Origin: an uncultured Bacteroidales bacterium
GTDB taxonomy: Bacteria > Bacteroidota > Bacteroidia > Bacteroidales > UBA932
Length of the DNA stretch: 64,000 nt
Reading direction: 5' to 3'
Assembly: GCA_944326315.1 (NCBI GenBank)
Contig: CALVDP010000003.1
Coordinates: 3,842 to 67,841, forward strand
Shown here: positions 30,238 through 40,888 of the stretch, piece after piece
How the letters are laid out: every line of letters starts with the position of its first letter
Position numbering within the stretch: position 1 is the stretch's first letter
Translations under genes and position numbers: made by a program
Notes under the pieces: generated by a model
What the model was told of the DNA's origin: nothing
What the model saw: only the letters and a program-made list of their open reading frames with translations
Database searches by the model: none

Positions 30238-30984
30238 TCACTCCGACCTCACCGCACCTCGCGCAAGTATGTCGAAGACCTCTGCTATGGACCCCGCACC
30301 GTAGCGCGCCTTCAGTGCCGCCGGACTGTCAAGGGCGTCAATCCTGCCGTCCACCATCATGGAAATCCTGTTGCAGTATTCGGCCTCATCCATGTAATGC
30401 GTGGTGACAAAGGCGGTAATGCCTTCATCGACCGCCTCGTATATCAATTCCCAGAACTGTCTTCTCGCGGCAGGGTCGACACCGCCGGTAGGTTCGTCCA
30501 GGAAGACAATCTCCGGCTTGTGGATTATCGACACCGAGAAGGCCAGCTTCTGTTTCCAGCCCTGCGGAAGGTCCTTGACGAGGGAGCCTCTCTCATGAGA
30601 GAGAGAAAGCCTGCCGAGAAGCTCGTCTATCCTCTGCCCGGCATCACGGCGTGACACACCGTATATGCCTGCAAAAAGCTCCAGATTGTCCTGCACGGTC
30701 AGATCTCCGTAAAGGGCGAATTTCTGGCTCATGTATCCGATATGCTTCTTGATAAGTTCAGACTGTGTCCATATGTCGAATCCCGCTACTATGCCCTTGC
30801 CCGACGTGGGGAAACTGAGTCCGGTCAACATCCTCATGGCAGTGGTCTTCCCCGCCCCGTTGGCACCGAGAAAGCCGAATATCTCCCCTCTGCTGACATG
30901 GAATGATATGTCATCCACGGCAGTGAAGTCGCCGAAACGCTTGGTCAGATGCTCTACCTCTATGACATGCCCCTTGTCCATCAT
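30238..30984 (-). CDS. ABC transporter ATP-binding protein
   Basis: GANGAGKT, LPQGWKQKL, LDEPTGGVD, TTHYMDEAE. Confidence 0.93.
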   Translation of the reverse strand: MMDKGHVIEVEHLTKRFGDFTAVDDISFHVSRGEIFGFLGANGAGKTTAMRMLTGLSFPTSGKGIVAGFDIWTQSELIKKHIGYMSQKFALYGDLTVQDNLELFAGIYGVSRRDAGQRIDELLGRLSLSHERGSLVKDLPQGWKQKLAFSVSIIHKPEIVFLDEPTGGVDPAARRQFWELIYEAVDEGITAFVTTHYMDEAEYCNRISMMVDGRIDALDSPAALKARYGAGSIAEVFDILARGAVRSE

Positions 30985-31904
30985 TCTTCCTCCAGATTCA
31001 TATAGCAGTCCTCAAGAGTGGCCGGTACGTCATAGACCTTCACCCCCTTGTGCCCGTATACGGACTCAAGTTCGGAAGCTATCATGGCTGCGTCAGCCTC
31101 TGTGCCGTCCTTCAATGTCACATGATGCGTGTCGCCGAATGTATAGCATTTCTCCACGGCATCCAGGGACCGGAGATCCTTGAGCAGTGAGAACATATTG
31201 TCGGAGCGCACGGCAAGCAGCCTTTTGCCGAAACGTTTCATTATGTTGCCGGGAGAATCCACAGTGAGAAAACGTCCCGACTTCATCATGGCCACACGGT
31301 CACATCTGTCAGCCTCGTCCATATAAGCCGTAGACACCACGACAGTCATCCCCGCAGCCTTCAGCTGGGCGAGATTCTCCCAGAGTTCACGCCGGGAAGA
31401 AGGGTCTACCCCTGTGGTGGGCTCGTCAAGGAAAAGTATGGACGGCGAGTGTATGAGCGAGCAGCACAGCGCAAGCTTCTGTTTCATACCTCCGGAAAGC
31501 TTCCCCGCTTTCCTTTTCTCAAAAGGCCTCAGCCTGCAGTAAATATTCTCTATAAGGTCATAGTTGCTGTCTATGTCCTTGCCGAAGACAGATGCGAAAA
31601 ACTCAAGATTCTCCTTGACGGACAAATCTGAGTACAAGGAAAACTTGCCCGGCATGTATCCGAGTATCGTACGGATCTTCCGGTAATCCCTGACCACATC
31701 CAGGCCTTCAAGCGTCGCGGATCCCTCGTCCGGATCCAGAAGTGTGGCAAGCATCCTGAACAGGGTGGTCTTCCCCGCCCCGTCCGGACCTATGATGCCG
31801 AAAAGCTCGCCTTTCCTGATGACAGTCTCGCCCTGAAGGCAGACAGCCGGGGGCTGGTCCTTCCTGAAACTCTTCCTGAGTCCCCGTATGACAATGGCAT
31901 CCAT
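30981..31904 (-). CDS. ABC transporter ATP-binding protein
   Basis: GPDGAGKT, LSGGMKQKL, LDEPTTGVD. Confidence 0.93.
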   Translation of the reverse strand: MDAIVIRGLRKSFRKDQPPAVCLQGETVIRKGELFGIIGPDGAGKTTLFRMLATLLDPDEGSATLEGLDVVRDYRKIRTILGYMPGKFSLYSDLSVKENLEFFASVFGKDIDSNYDLIENIYCRLRPFEKRKAGKLSGGMKQKLALCCSLIHSPSILFLDEPTTGVDPSSRRELWENLAQLKAAGMTVVVSTAYMDEADRCDRVAMMKSGRFLTVDSPGNIMKRFGKRLLAVRSDNMFSLLKDLRSLDAVEKCYTFGDTHHVTLKDGTEADAAMIASELESVYGHKGVKVYDVPATLEDCYMNLEEE

Positions 31905-31905
31905 T

Positions 31906-32811
31906 TCAGAAAACGATTCCGCCGTACATCCCGAGCTTTATCAGCCCGTCATTATCCACGGCCACCTTGACGGCATACACAAGGTTCTTCCTCTCGTCGT
32001 CTGTCTGTATATTCTTGGGAGTGAACTCGCTTCTGTCGGAAATCCAGGTGATCCGGCCGGTGTACTCCCTGGAATAGCCCTTGCCGTAGTCGGAATACAC
32101 CTTGACCTCCTGGCCTATCGTAATCTGAGACAGCTGCGCCGAGGTGACGTATGCCCGGAGGCAGACCTTGTCCAGATCCGCTACCTTGAAGAGCGGACGT
32201 CCGGCCGAAACGAATTCCCCGGCCTGCGCATATTTGGTCAGTATGGTGCCGCTCACAGGCGAGACGATACGGCACTTGGACAGCTGGTCCTTCACCTGCT
32301 CTATCTGCAACAATATGCCGGCACTCTGGGCGTCAAGGCTTGAGACCGAACCGGCAAGGGCCTTCTGCTGTGCATTGATCTGTCCGCGGATGACAGCCTC
32401 CTGGGCCTCGACGTCATCCATCTGCTTCCGGGTGGCCGCCCCGTCCGCAAGAAGACGCGAAATCCTTTCCTTCTCTTTCCCGACTGTCTTCAGCTGCTCT
32501 TCAAGGACCTGCAGCTGGGAACTGATGTCCGGACGGTTGTTCAGGACGGATTCCACGCTTTTCTCAAGCTGTCTTCTGGTGAGGTCCAGCTGCACGGTGT
32601 CGACACAGCCGAGGACCACACCGGCATCCACACGGTCACCCTCGCCGGCGGAGAAATACAATATTCTCCCGTTGGCTTCGGCAGATACGGTCACTTCCGT
32701 CGCCTCGAAATACCCTTCGGCATCATAGCCGCTCCTGTTGGCGTTGCACGAAACTGCCATGACAGCCGCAGCGGCCATGGCAAGGAATTCTGTTCTCATA
32801 TCAATATTCAC
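31906..32811 (-). CDS. HlyD family periplasmic adaptor lipoprotein
   Basis: Lipobox AVSC, GYFEATEV, coiled coil, SPVSGTIL, SEFTPKNIQT. Confidence 0.9.
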   Translation of the reverse strand: MNIDMRTEFLAMAAAAVMAVSCNANRSGYDAEGYFEATEVTVSAEANGRILYFSAGEGDRVDAGVVLGCVDTVQLDLTRRQLEKSVESVLNNRPDISSQLQVLEEQLKTVGKEKERISRLLADGAATRKQMDDVEAQEAVIRGQINAQQKALAGSVSSLDAQSAGILLQIEQVKDQLSKCRIVSPVSGTILTKYAQAGEFVSAGRPLFKVADLDKVCLRAYVTSAQLSQITIGQEVKVYSDYGKGYSREYTGRITWISDRSEFTPKNIQTDDERKNLVYAVKVAVDNDGLIKLGMYGGIVF

Positions 32812-32832
32812 GGATATTTTCCTTATTACTGG

Positions 32833-34116
32833 TTACTGATTAAGCACGATCTTGAGGTCATAGATGTTCTTTAGCAATTCCAGTTCATGTCTGGAACGCT
32901 CTATGACCGCATTGTTCTCATTCATTATGTCGCGGAGCAGGTCATTGACGGTAATCACTCCATTACGGTATTTGGATTCGGATGCCTGCCTGACCGAAGA
33001 CCGCAGGCGCACTATCTCGTCATCCGAAGCCTTGATGTCATACATTCTGTCAATCTCCTTGCTGATCTGGGTCTGCTGAATGTCCGTGTTCCACAAGAAG
33101 GCGTCACGCTGCAATTCTATGGAACGCTGCGACATCTCGATTTTCCTGAGGTCGTTCTTCCTCGTATAGAAACCGGATATGTCCCATTTGAAGGTAATGC
33201 CGGCTATCCCGTTCCAGGACATTTTGTTGTACATTATGTCATTGAAGATATCCAGCCCCGGCTTGCCGTACCAGCCCTGGGCGAAAAAGGCGAATTTGGG
33301 CATCACAGCCACATCAAGCATCTTTTTCTGTGTCTCGATCTCACGGATCCTCGCATCGAAAAGCTGCAGCTCGGTACGGAGGTTCATGTCCGGTTCGATT
33401 ATCCTCGGCTCAGGAGTCTCGAAGACCTCGGTATCCTCTATCTTGCGGCCGATCATTATGGCAAGCATGTCCTTGTACGTCCGTATGGAACTTTCAAGCT
33501 GCCTGCGCTGCTGGCGCAGAGAAAGTAGCTCGACCCGGATATTGTCCACATCGCTCTGCAGAGCCGCCCCGTTCCTGACTGCAGACTCCGCCACATCAAG
33601 ATTGGACACAAGCAGGGTATCCATGCACATGTTCGCCTTGAGATTGGTCTCCATGAGAAGGATGCCGAAATACATCTGGTTCACCCTTTTCCTGAGTTCA
33701 TCCATATCCTTGTCAAGAGTAAGCCTCGATACTTCCTGCTCAGCCTTGACTGCCTCGCGCCTGGCCTTGGAATAGCCGCCGTCCCAGATTGTCTGCGTGA
33801 GTTCCATCTGCACCTTGTACTGGTCCTTGGATAGTCCGGCCACGTCAGTGCCCGTCATTGCCATAAGAGATTCGAATATCTCCGGGAAAGCCGTCACGTC
33901 GCTCTGGTATGTCGCCTGCCCGGATACCGTTATCCTCGGCACATATCCCATCGCCGCGTTCTCGAACGAGAATCCCGACATGGCTTCGTTCAGTTCATAT
34001 TGCTTCACAAGAGGATAATTGTCCCTCACCATGCGGTAGCACTCTTCCAGGGTAATGGACCATGACGTGGAAGCTGCCGCAAGGAACAGTGTCAGAATGA
34101 CTGCATATCTTTTCAT
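32833..34116 (-). CDS. TolC family outer-membrane efflux protein
   Basis: Signal peptide, NYPLVKQY, helical repeats, position at head of HlyD/ABC operon. Confidence 0.85.
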   Translation of the reverse strand: MKRYAVILTLFLAAASTSWSITLEECYRMVRDNYPLVKQYELNEAMSGFSFENAAMGYVPRITVSGQATYQSDVTAFPEIFESLMAMTGTDVAGLSKDQYKVQMELTQTIWDGGYSKARREAVKAEQEVSRLTLDKDMDELRKRVNQMYFGILLMETNLKANMCMDTLLVSNLDVAESAVRNGAALQSDVDNIRVELLSLRQQRRQLESSIRTYKDMLAIMIGRKIEDTEVFETPEPRIIEPDMNLRTELQLFDARIREIETQKKMLDVAVMPKFAFFAQGWYGKPGLDIFNDIMYNKMSWNGIAGITFKWDISGFYTRKNDLRKIEMSQRSIELQRDAFLWNTDIQQTQISKEIDRMYDIKASDDEIVRLRSSVRQASESKYRNGVITVNDLLRDIMNENNAVIERSRHELELLKNIYDLKIVLNQ

Positions 34117-34127
34117 ACGATGATTTT

Positions 34128-35327
34128 TCAGCGTTTCCTGTATTTCTCAAAATATGGCACGTTGTAATATTTGAAGAACAGAAAAGAAACAATGCACAGG
34201 AATGTGCCGGTCAGATAGGCATACGAAAATGATGCCACCTGCCCTATGATTCCACCCGTTATCAGGCCCAGACCTATGCCCACATCCCATGACGTGAGGT
34301 ATGTTGAAGTGGCAGTACCCCTCTGGTTGTGGTCGGCAAGGTTCACGAACATGGTATTGAAGGCCGGGAACATCGAACCGAAGCCTACTCCCAGCACCAC
34401 TGCAAGGGAATAGAACAGATATTTCGTGAACTCCGGGAAATGATGCATCAAGCCTTCACACAGATAGAGTCCGAGGAATGCGGCCGTTGCCAGATACATG
34501 CCGAGAATCACAGTCTGCGTTATCCTGCCCTTGTCCACCCGGCGTCCCGAGAAAAGCCGGGAGATGGCAAGACCTGCCGCCATACAGGTGAAGAATATAC
34601 CGGTACCCTGTGTAAGTCCTATGCTCTTGGCATACATGGCCACATAAGTGGTGTTGATGCCGTACGGGATGGAAAGGAGAAGAAGGTCTATCCCCAACGG
34701 GATACCGCGGAGCAGTATGAACCGGTCGAGGGAGATATGAGGATCCTTCTGCATCAGCGGCTTGGCCGGTGTCCGGACTGTCATCGCGAAGCAGAAGCCA
34801 AGAGTACAGCAGACAAGGGCCGTAACGAATATCGTGTCAAACGAATAATAATCGTGCATGAAAAGTCCGGCCATAGGACCCAGGGCCATTGCCACATTAT
34901 TGGCAAGCCCGTAATAGCCGAGAGCCTCGCCTCTGCGTGAAGACGGGGTAATGTCGATGACGATAGTGTTGCCCGCCACGGTGACTGTTCCGAAAGACAG
35001 TCCGTGCACTATCCTGAGCATGACGAATACGGCAAGTGATCCGGCGACAATATATCCGCCGAAAATCAGAGTGAAAACGAAAAACGCGAAAAGATACAGT
35101 GGCTTGCGGCGGAAAGTGTCGAGAAGATAGCCGGAAAAAGGCCTCACCACAAGCGCAGCCACCGTATAGGCCGAAAGTATCACCCCGATCATGCCTCTCT
35201 CCGTCCCGAACTCCTCGACAAGATAGAACGGAAGTACGGGCATAAGCAGGAAGAACCCCGAATACAGCAGGAAATTCGCTGCCAGGATCGCACAATAGTC
35301 GCGGCTGACCAGTTTGTCCTTCATCAT
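34128..35327 (-). CDS. MFS transporter
   Basis: 12-TM pattern, VRPFSGYLLDTFRRK, RRGEALGYYG. Confidence 0.9.
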   Translation of the reverse strand: MMKDKLVSRDYCAILAANFLLYSGFFLLMPVLPFYLVEEFGTERGMIGVILSAYTVAALVVRPFSGYLLDTFRRKPLYLFAFFVFTLIFGGYIVAGSLAVFVMLRIVHGLSFGTVTVAGNTIVIDITPSSRRGEALGYYGLANNVAMALGPMAGLFMHDYYSFDTIFVTALVCCTLGFCFAMTVRTPAKPLMQKDPHISLDRFILLRGIPLGIDLLLLSIPYGINTTYVAMYAKSIGLTQGTGIFFTCMAAGLAISRLFSGRRVDKGRITQTVILGMYLATAAFLGLYLCEGLMHHFPEFTKYLFYSLAVVLGVGFGSMFPAFNTMFVNLADHNQRGTATSTYLTSWDVGIGLGLITGGIIGQVASFSYAYLTGTFLCIVSFLFFKYYNVPYFEKYRKR

Positions 35328-35349
35328 CTTGACTGTCCGATGCACGGGC

Positions 35350-36681
35350 CTATCTCGGCCGTCTCATGTTCCGCATCATGCCTGGCATGGCACCAAGCCC
35401 CATGGCGGACTTCATCATTTTCCGCATGCCTTCAAACTGTTTCAGAAGCCTGTTGACCTCTGCGACACTTGTGCCGCTGCCGTCGGCAATCCTCTTGCGC
35501 CGGCTTCCGTTGATGATCTCCGGCTTCTCTCTTTCCTTCGGAGTCATGGACAGGATGATGGCTTCCACGCTCTTGAAAGAGTCATTGCTCATCTCGACAT
35601 CCTTCAATGCCTTGCCTACACCGGGAATCATGGACGCTATATCCTTGATGTTTCCCATCTTCTTGATCTGCTGGATCTGGTCATAGAAATCCATCAGGGT
35701 GAACTGGTTCTTCGCCAGCTTCTTCTTGAGTTTGCGTGCCTGTTCCTCATCGAACTGCTCCTGGGCCTTCTCGACAAGCGTCACGACATCGCCCATACCG
35801 AGAATCCTGTCTGCAATCCTCTTCGGATGGAAGATATCGAGAGCCTCCATCTTCTCTCCGGAACTTATGAACTTGATCGGTTTCCCGACCACTGCCTTGA
35901 TGGAAAGCGCGGCTCCGCCCCTGGTGTCACCGTCCATCTTGGTGAGTACGACACCGTCGAAGTCAAGCCTGTCGTTGAATGCCCTGGCGGTCTCCACGGC
36001 ATCCTGGCCTGTCATGGCATCCACCACGAAGAGGGTCTCCGTCGGGACAAGCGCCTTTTTCAGTGCAGCTATCTCGTCCATCATCTCCTCATCCACAGCC
36101 AGACGTCCGGCCGTATCGACAATCACAAGGGAAAAACCTTCCTGTCTTGCACGTGACACGGCATTCCTTGCTATCGCCACCGGATCTTTCACATTGTCCT
36201 CGGAATATACCGGCACCCCGATCTGCTCTCCGAGCACCTTAAGCTGGTCGATGGCGGCAGGCCTGTATACGTCGCACGCGGCAAGCATGACCTTAAGGCC
36301 TCTCTTGCTCTTGCAGTTCAATGCAAGCTTGCCGCAGAATGTGGTCTTACCTGATCCCTGGAGACCGGCCACAAGCACGATGCCGGGATGGCCCTTGACA
36401 TTGATGTCCGACGATTCGCTTCCCATCAGGGCCGCCAGTTCGTCATGGACTATCTTGACCATCATCTGCTCCGGCTTGACGGCAGTGAGAACGTTCATGC
36501 CCAGAGCCTTCTGCTTCACTTCATTGCAGAAGTCCTTCGCTATCTTGTAGCTGACGTCGGCGTCAAGCAGCGCCCTCCTGATATCCTTGAGGGTCTCAGC
36601 CACGTTTATTTCTGTTATCTTACCTTCGCCCTTGAGTATCTTGAAAGAGCGCTCCAGTCTTTCTACTAAATTGTCAAACAT
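35350..36681 (-). CDS. ffh: Signal recognition particle protein
   Basis: GLQGSGKTT, DVYRPAA, DTAGR, TKMDGDTRGG, M domain. Confidence 0.98.
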   Translation of the reverse strand: MFDNLVERLERSFKILKGEGKITEINVAETLKDIRRALLDADVSYKIAKDFCNEVKQKALGMNVLTAVKPEQMMVKIVHDELAALMGSESSDINVKGHPGIVLVAGLQGSGKTTFCGKLALNCKSKRGLKVMLAACDVYRPAAIDQLKVLGEQIGVPVYSEDNVKDPVAIARNAVSRARQEGFSLVIVDTAGRLAVDEEMMDEIAALKKALVPTETLFVVDAMTGQDAVETARAFNDRLDFDGVVLTKMDGDTRGGAALSIKAVVGKPIKFISSGEKMEALDIFHPKRIADRILGMGDVVTLVEKAQEQFDEEQARKLKKKLAKNQFTLMDFYDQIQQIKKMGNIKDIASMIPGVGKALKDVEMSNDSFKSVEAIILSMTPKEREKPEIINGSRRKRIADGSGTSVAEVNRLLKQFEGMRKMMKSAMGLGAMPGMMRNMRRPR

Positions 36682-36728
36682 TGTCTTTACAGATTTATAT
36701 TTCCAAATGTCGGGGACCGGCCGTCACG

Positions 36729-37949
36729 TCAGGCCAGTTTCACCATTTTCATGCTGTCAGGGACTTCGCAGAGCCTGTCAAGGTAAACCGAAGGCGCGAA
36801 ATCACGCAGATTGTACCTGCTTGCCATGACCTGTCCGTATGCTCCCGCCGAGCGTATAGCCAGAAGGTCTCCCCTCACGCTTTCAGGCAGCGGTCTGTCT
36901 TCTCCCCAGACATCGCTGGATTCGCATACCGGTCCCACCACGTCATAGGTCTTCATGCCGCAGTCCCTGGCTGAAGCAGACAGGTTCTCCACCTTGTGGT
37001 AGGCTCCGTACAGGGCCGGACGGATGAGATCATTCATGCCGGCATCCGTGATAAGGAACGTCTTGTTCACCCCGTATTTCACATACAGCACCCTTGTGAT
37101 CAGAGAACCGCACTGGGCTACCAGAGAGCGTCCCGGCTCCACATGTACAGAAGGTCGGACGCAGCCTTCCTGAGATATGGAAGACATGCCCTCTTGCAGC
37201 GTCCTGAACCATGCCTCGAAATCAGGTACAGGATGCGCATCGGGATCCCTGTAGTCTATACCGAGCCCGCCTCCGAGATCGATATTCGTAGCGTGAAGCC
37301 CCTTTTCCGCAAAAAAAGCTACTACGGCCCTTGCCCTCTCGCATTCCAGTGAATAGACTTCCCCGACATCGAGTATCTGGGAGCCTACATGGAAATGAAA
37401 CCCCTTGAAATTGATATTGGCGCAGCCGGAAAGGAGTCCGGCCAGAGCGTCGAACTCATGCTCCGGAATGCCGAACTTGTTCTCGTCAAGCCCGGTGGTT
37501 ATGTACTTGTGGGTATGCGCATCGATATTGGGGTTGATCCTGACCATCACATTGGCCCTGACCCCCATGCGGCCGGCAATGCTGTCCACCACCTGTATCT
37601 CCTGAAGGGATTCGCAAGTAAGCGAGAATATCCCGTGGCTGACGGCCGTCTCTATCTCCATGTCAGTCTTGCCGACCCCGGCGAAGGCTATCTTCTCGGC
37701 AGGGAAGCCGCATCCGAGGGCGAACATCACTTCATTACCGCTCACGCAATCCGCCCCGAGGCCACGGCCGGCAATATACCTGAGTATGCGGCTGTCCGAA
37801 TTAGCCTTGACGGCGTAATGCACTTCCATACCGTAACGGCCCGCCATGAGCACAGCCTCGTCCACTGTCTTGCGAAGGAGCTCCATATCATACAGATAGA
37901 ATGGTGTCCTGATTTTTTCCAGTTCCGCTATTGTGTTGATATCCAGCAT
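36729..37949 (-). CDS. lysA: Diaminopimelate decarboxylase (group IV PLP decarboxylase)
   Basis: YAVKAN, HFHVGSQ, DLGGG, EPGRSLV, VGPVCESSD, AGAYG. Confidence 0.85.
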   Translation of the reverse strand: MLDINTIAELEKIRTPFYLYDMELLRKTVDEAVLMAGRYGMEVHYAVKANSDSRILRYIAGRGLGADCVSGNEVMFALGCGFPAEKIAFAGVGKTDMEIETAVSHGIFSLTCESLQEIQVVDSIAGRMGVRANVMVRINPNIDAHTHKYITTGLDENKFGIPEHEFDALAGLLSGCANINFKGFHFHVGSQILDVGEVYSLECERARAVVAFFAEKGLHATNIDLGGGLGIDYRDPDAHPVPDFEAWFRTLQEGMSSISQEGCVRPSVHVEPGRSLVAQCGSLITRVLYVKYGVNKTFLITDAGMNDLIRPALYGAYHKVENLSASARDCGMKTYDVVGPVCESSDVWGEDRPLPESVRGDLLAIRSAGAYGQVMASRYNLRDFAPSVYLDRLCEVPDSMKMVKLA

Positions 37950-38064
37950 ATGAAGTCCTTTTATTAAATTATAAGGTGAAAACGGTTGCAAAAATAGGGA
38001 AAAAATCGCTAATTTCGCAGGTTGATTCGGCAATAAATGGAAAATCGATCAGTTAAAATATAAA

Positions 38065-39045
38065 ATGAAAATGGAAAAAGGACCAATTTCTCAATTCATT
38101 ACACACCATTATCGTCATTTCAACTCTGCAGCACTTGTAGATGCCGCAAAGGCTTACGACGAGCACATAAACAAGGGAGGCAAGATGATGCTTGCCATGG
38201 CCGGTGCCATGAGTACCGCAGAGCTCGGGCTTTCCCTTGCGGAAATGATACGCCAGGACAAGATACATATCGTGTCCTGCTCCGCAAACAACCTTGAGGA
38301 AGATGTCATGAATCTCGTGGCACACAACCACTATTACAGGGTACCGAACTACAGGGATCTGACACCAGAGCAGGAAAAGGAGCTTCTGAACAACCACATG
38401 AACAGGGTGACGGATACCTGCATTCCTGAGGAAGAGGCGTTCCGCAGGCTTGAGGACCACCTTGTGGACATCTGGAAAGACATGAAGGCCAAGGGCGAAA
38501 GGCTTCTTCCGTATGAAGTCATCTACAGGCTTCTCAGAAGCGGTGTCCTGGAGAAATACTATGAGATCGACCCTAAGGACAGCTGGGTGCTCGCAGCATG
38601 CGAGAAGAACATCCCTATCGTGGTGCCTGCATGGGAAGACTGCACGACCAGCAACATATACACGGCCCACTGCATCAGGGGTGAGTTCGATCCTCTGATG
38701 ATAAAGGGAGGAATCGAGACCATGATGTTCCTGACCGACTGGTACAAGCACAATTCAGGCGGACAGGGCGTAGGATTCTTCCAGATCGGAGGAGGTACTG
38801 CAGGTGACTTCCCTATCTGCGTCGTGCCTATGATGGAACAGGACCTCGGATGGAAAGGCACACCGCTCTGGGCTTATTTCTGCCAGATTTCGGACTGCAC
38901 CACATCCTACGGCTCCTATTCAGGCGCAGTGCCTAACGAGAAGATCACATGGGGCAAGCTGGACGTCGACACACCGAGATTCATCATTGAATCCGATGCC
39001 ACTATCGTAGCCCCGCTGCTCTTCGGATACGTGCTCGGCTGGTAA
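38065..39045 (+). CDS. Deoxyhypusine synthase-like protein
   Basis: AGAMSTAELG, SYSGAVPNEKITWGKL, IESDATIVAPL. Confidence 0.85.
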   Translation: MKMEKGPISQFITHHYRHFNSAALVDAAKAYDEHINKGGKMMLAMAGAMSTAELGLSLAEMIRQDKIHIVSCSANNLEEDVMNLVAHNHYYRVPNYRDLTPEQEKELLNNHMNRVTDTCIPEEEAFRRLEDHLVDIWKDMKAKGERLLPYEVIYRLLRSGVLEKYYEIDPKDSWVLAACEKNIPIVVPAWEDCTTSNIYTAHCIRGEFDPLMIKGGIETMMFLTDWYKHNSGGQGVGFFQIGGGTAGDFPICVVPMMEQDLGWKGTPLWAYFCQISDCTTSYGSYSGAVPNEKITWGKLDVDTPRFIIESDATIVAPLLFGYVLGW

Positions 39046-39076
39046 CATTGCACCTGATACCGGGAGACAGACAGAC

Positions 39077-39129
39077 AACTGTGCCGGATCCGCACCGTCA
39101 AGGCCGGTTTCCGGCACAGTTTAATTTTT
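39077..39129 (+). terminator. Intrinsic terminator after DHS-like gene
   Basis: aactgtgccgga / tccggcacagtt followed by taatttttt. Confidence 0.75.
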
Positions 39130-39192
39130 TCCGGGAAAACATAAGATTTTTAACCATTGCCGGACAGGCGTCCGGCCAGAAATATTTCTCTG

Positions 39193-40356
39193 ATGGATTT
39201 CATTGCCGGCTTCAATGACATCAGGCTTTTCCAGTGGATAGCTATGATAACCGCAGCATCACTTGCCATAGTGATGATGATAATCAAAGTGCCGCAGACC
39301 GAGCATGCGACCAGGCTGACGAGAGCCAAGAACATCGTCGCGCTCAGCTATCTGTTCTGCGCATTCATATTCGGATACACACTTATCCACCACGACATCA
39401 AGGACTACGAAGTCTTTTCAGCCACGACGATGCTCATCAACGTGGCATTTTCAGCCACCACATTGTCCTTTTCCCTGATCAACCTTCTGGGACACAGATA
39501 CATAGACTTCAGCAAGCTGCTGATTACCCTTTTCGCCATATTCCTTGTCAGCATCGGGCTTGTGGAGCTGTTCTTCAACGGGGAGAAACGCATGATGAAC
39601 ACGGCCATGATAGCGAGCATGATCCTGTTCAGCCTCCTGTGCATCTATTACATCATAATATTCGACCGGTGGTACAAACACAGCATCATGATGCTTGAGA
39701 AATATTATGACGAAGACGAGGAACACAAGCTCAAGTGGGTGAAGTTCTGCTTCATACTTGCCCTGCTGACAGACATGTTCGTGCTTGTCTACCTTGTGTT
39801 CCTGAAAGGCTTCATGTTCATTTATATCGGCTTCTACATCCTTTTCCTCCTGTACTTTGCAGGAAATTTCATCTCGTTTCTCGGCAGCCACAAGCTGCTC
39901 CTTGACGCATTCGGGCACTGGACCATAAGCCAGGCGTCCAGGACCTCAAGGAAGAAGGAAAAGACTGTGAAAAAGAAAAGGCAGCAGGGCAATGAACCGG
40001 AAGCGGCGTTCAATTCCATTAAGAAAGCGCTCGACGAATGGGTCAGCCAGAAAAAATACAGGGAATACGACAAAAGCCGGGAAGAGATTGCCGAAGAAAT
40101 AGGCACCACCAAGGAACTGCTCAACCAGTATTTCTCCCAGGAGATCGGGAAAGATTTCAGGACATGGCGTACGGAGCTCAGGATCGAAGATGCCAAGAAC
40201 CTTCTTCTGACAGACCTTAAGATTTCCACCAATGTGGTAGGTGAGATTGTCGGGTTCAGCGACAGGTCGAATTTCCACAGGCAGTTTACCAAACTCGTAG
40301 GGTGTTCTCCGAAGCATTGGCGTGACACCAACGGAGGCAACACCGATATCGGATAG
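39193..40356 (+). CDS. Membrane-anchored AraC family regulator
   Basis: Several N-terminal TM helices; C-terminal double HTH (ELRIEDAKNLL, VGFSDRSNFHRQF). Confidence 0.88.
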   Translation: MDFIAGFNDIRLFQWIAMITAASLAIVMMIIKVPQTEHATRLTRAKNIVALSYLFCAFIFGYTLIHHDIKDYEVFSATTMLINVAFSATTLSFSLINLLGHRYIDFSKLLITLFAIFLVSIGLVELFFNGEKRMMNTAMIASMILFSLLCIYYIIIFDRWYKHSIMMLEKYYDEDEEHKLKWVKFCFILALLTDMFVLVYLVFLKGFMFIYIGFYILFLLYFAGNFISFLGSHKLLLDAFGHWTISQASRTSRKKEKTVKKKRQQGNEPEAAFNSIKKALDEWVSQKKYREYDKSREEIAEEIGTTKELLNQYFSQEIGKDFRTWRTELRIEDAKNLLLTDLKISTNVVGEIVGFSDRSNFHRQFTKLVGCSPKHWRDTNGGNTDIG

Positions 40357-40357
40357 C

Positions 40358-40888
40358 TTATTCCCTCGTGACCGGGACAGGGATGTTGTCCATCCGGTAG
40401 ACCCCTTCGCTGTCAATCATATGCTTTCCGAATTCTATATGAAGTATAGGATCAAACCTGGATGTGAGGCGGTATTGTCCTCCCGGGCGTGAAGGCATGT
40501 TGTCCTTGACAGCAAGCCTGAATGTCCAGCCTTCGCTCATGGCCCTGGTCCTTATGCTGAAAAAGCCGGAATCATCCGTGTATGAAGTGTCTCTGGCAAT
40601 GGGAAACTTGAAATTGATGTCATCTGACTCGTATGATGAGAGTATGACCATCATATCAGCGACCCCGCTGTCGGAATTGTCGTCATAGACGGTCCCCGTT
40701 ACCTCCAGCTCTCCGATAAAAGCCACGTCCGAGGCATCTTCAGCACAGGAATGAAGGCAGGAAAGCAGAGTAATTCCCGCCATAAACGTGAAACATGCGT
40801 AGAAGCCGCGAGTAATGCAAGTTCGGTTGCGATTACCGAGGCGCCACCGTATAAATGGCGAAGTCAAATATACCAAAAATCTAAACAT
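40358..40888 (-). CDS. Putative lipoprotein, probable beta-sandwich domain (start uncertain)
   Basis: LLSCLHSC lipobox-like site followed by acidic residues; VTGTVYD..DTSYTDDSGFF. Confidence 0.6.
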   Translation of the reverse strand: MFRFLVYLTSPFIRWRLGNRNRTCITRGFYACFTFMAGITLLSCLHSCAEDASDVAFIGELEVTGTVYDDNSDSGVADMMVILSSYESDDINFKFPIARDTSYTDDSGFFSIRTRAMSEGWTFRLAVKDNMPSRPGGQYRLTSRFDPILHIEFGKHMIDSEGVYRMDNIPVPVTRE

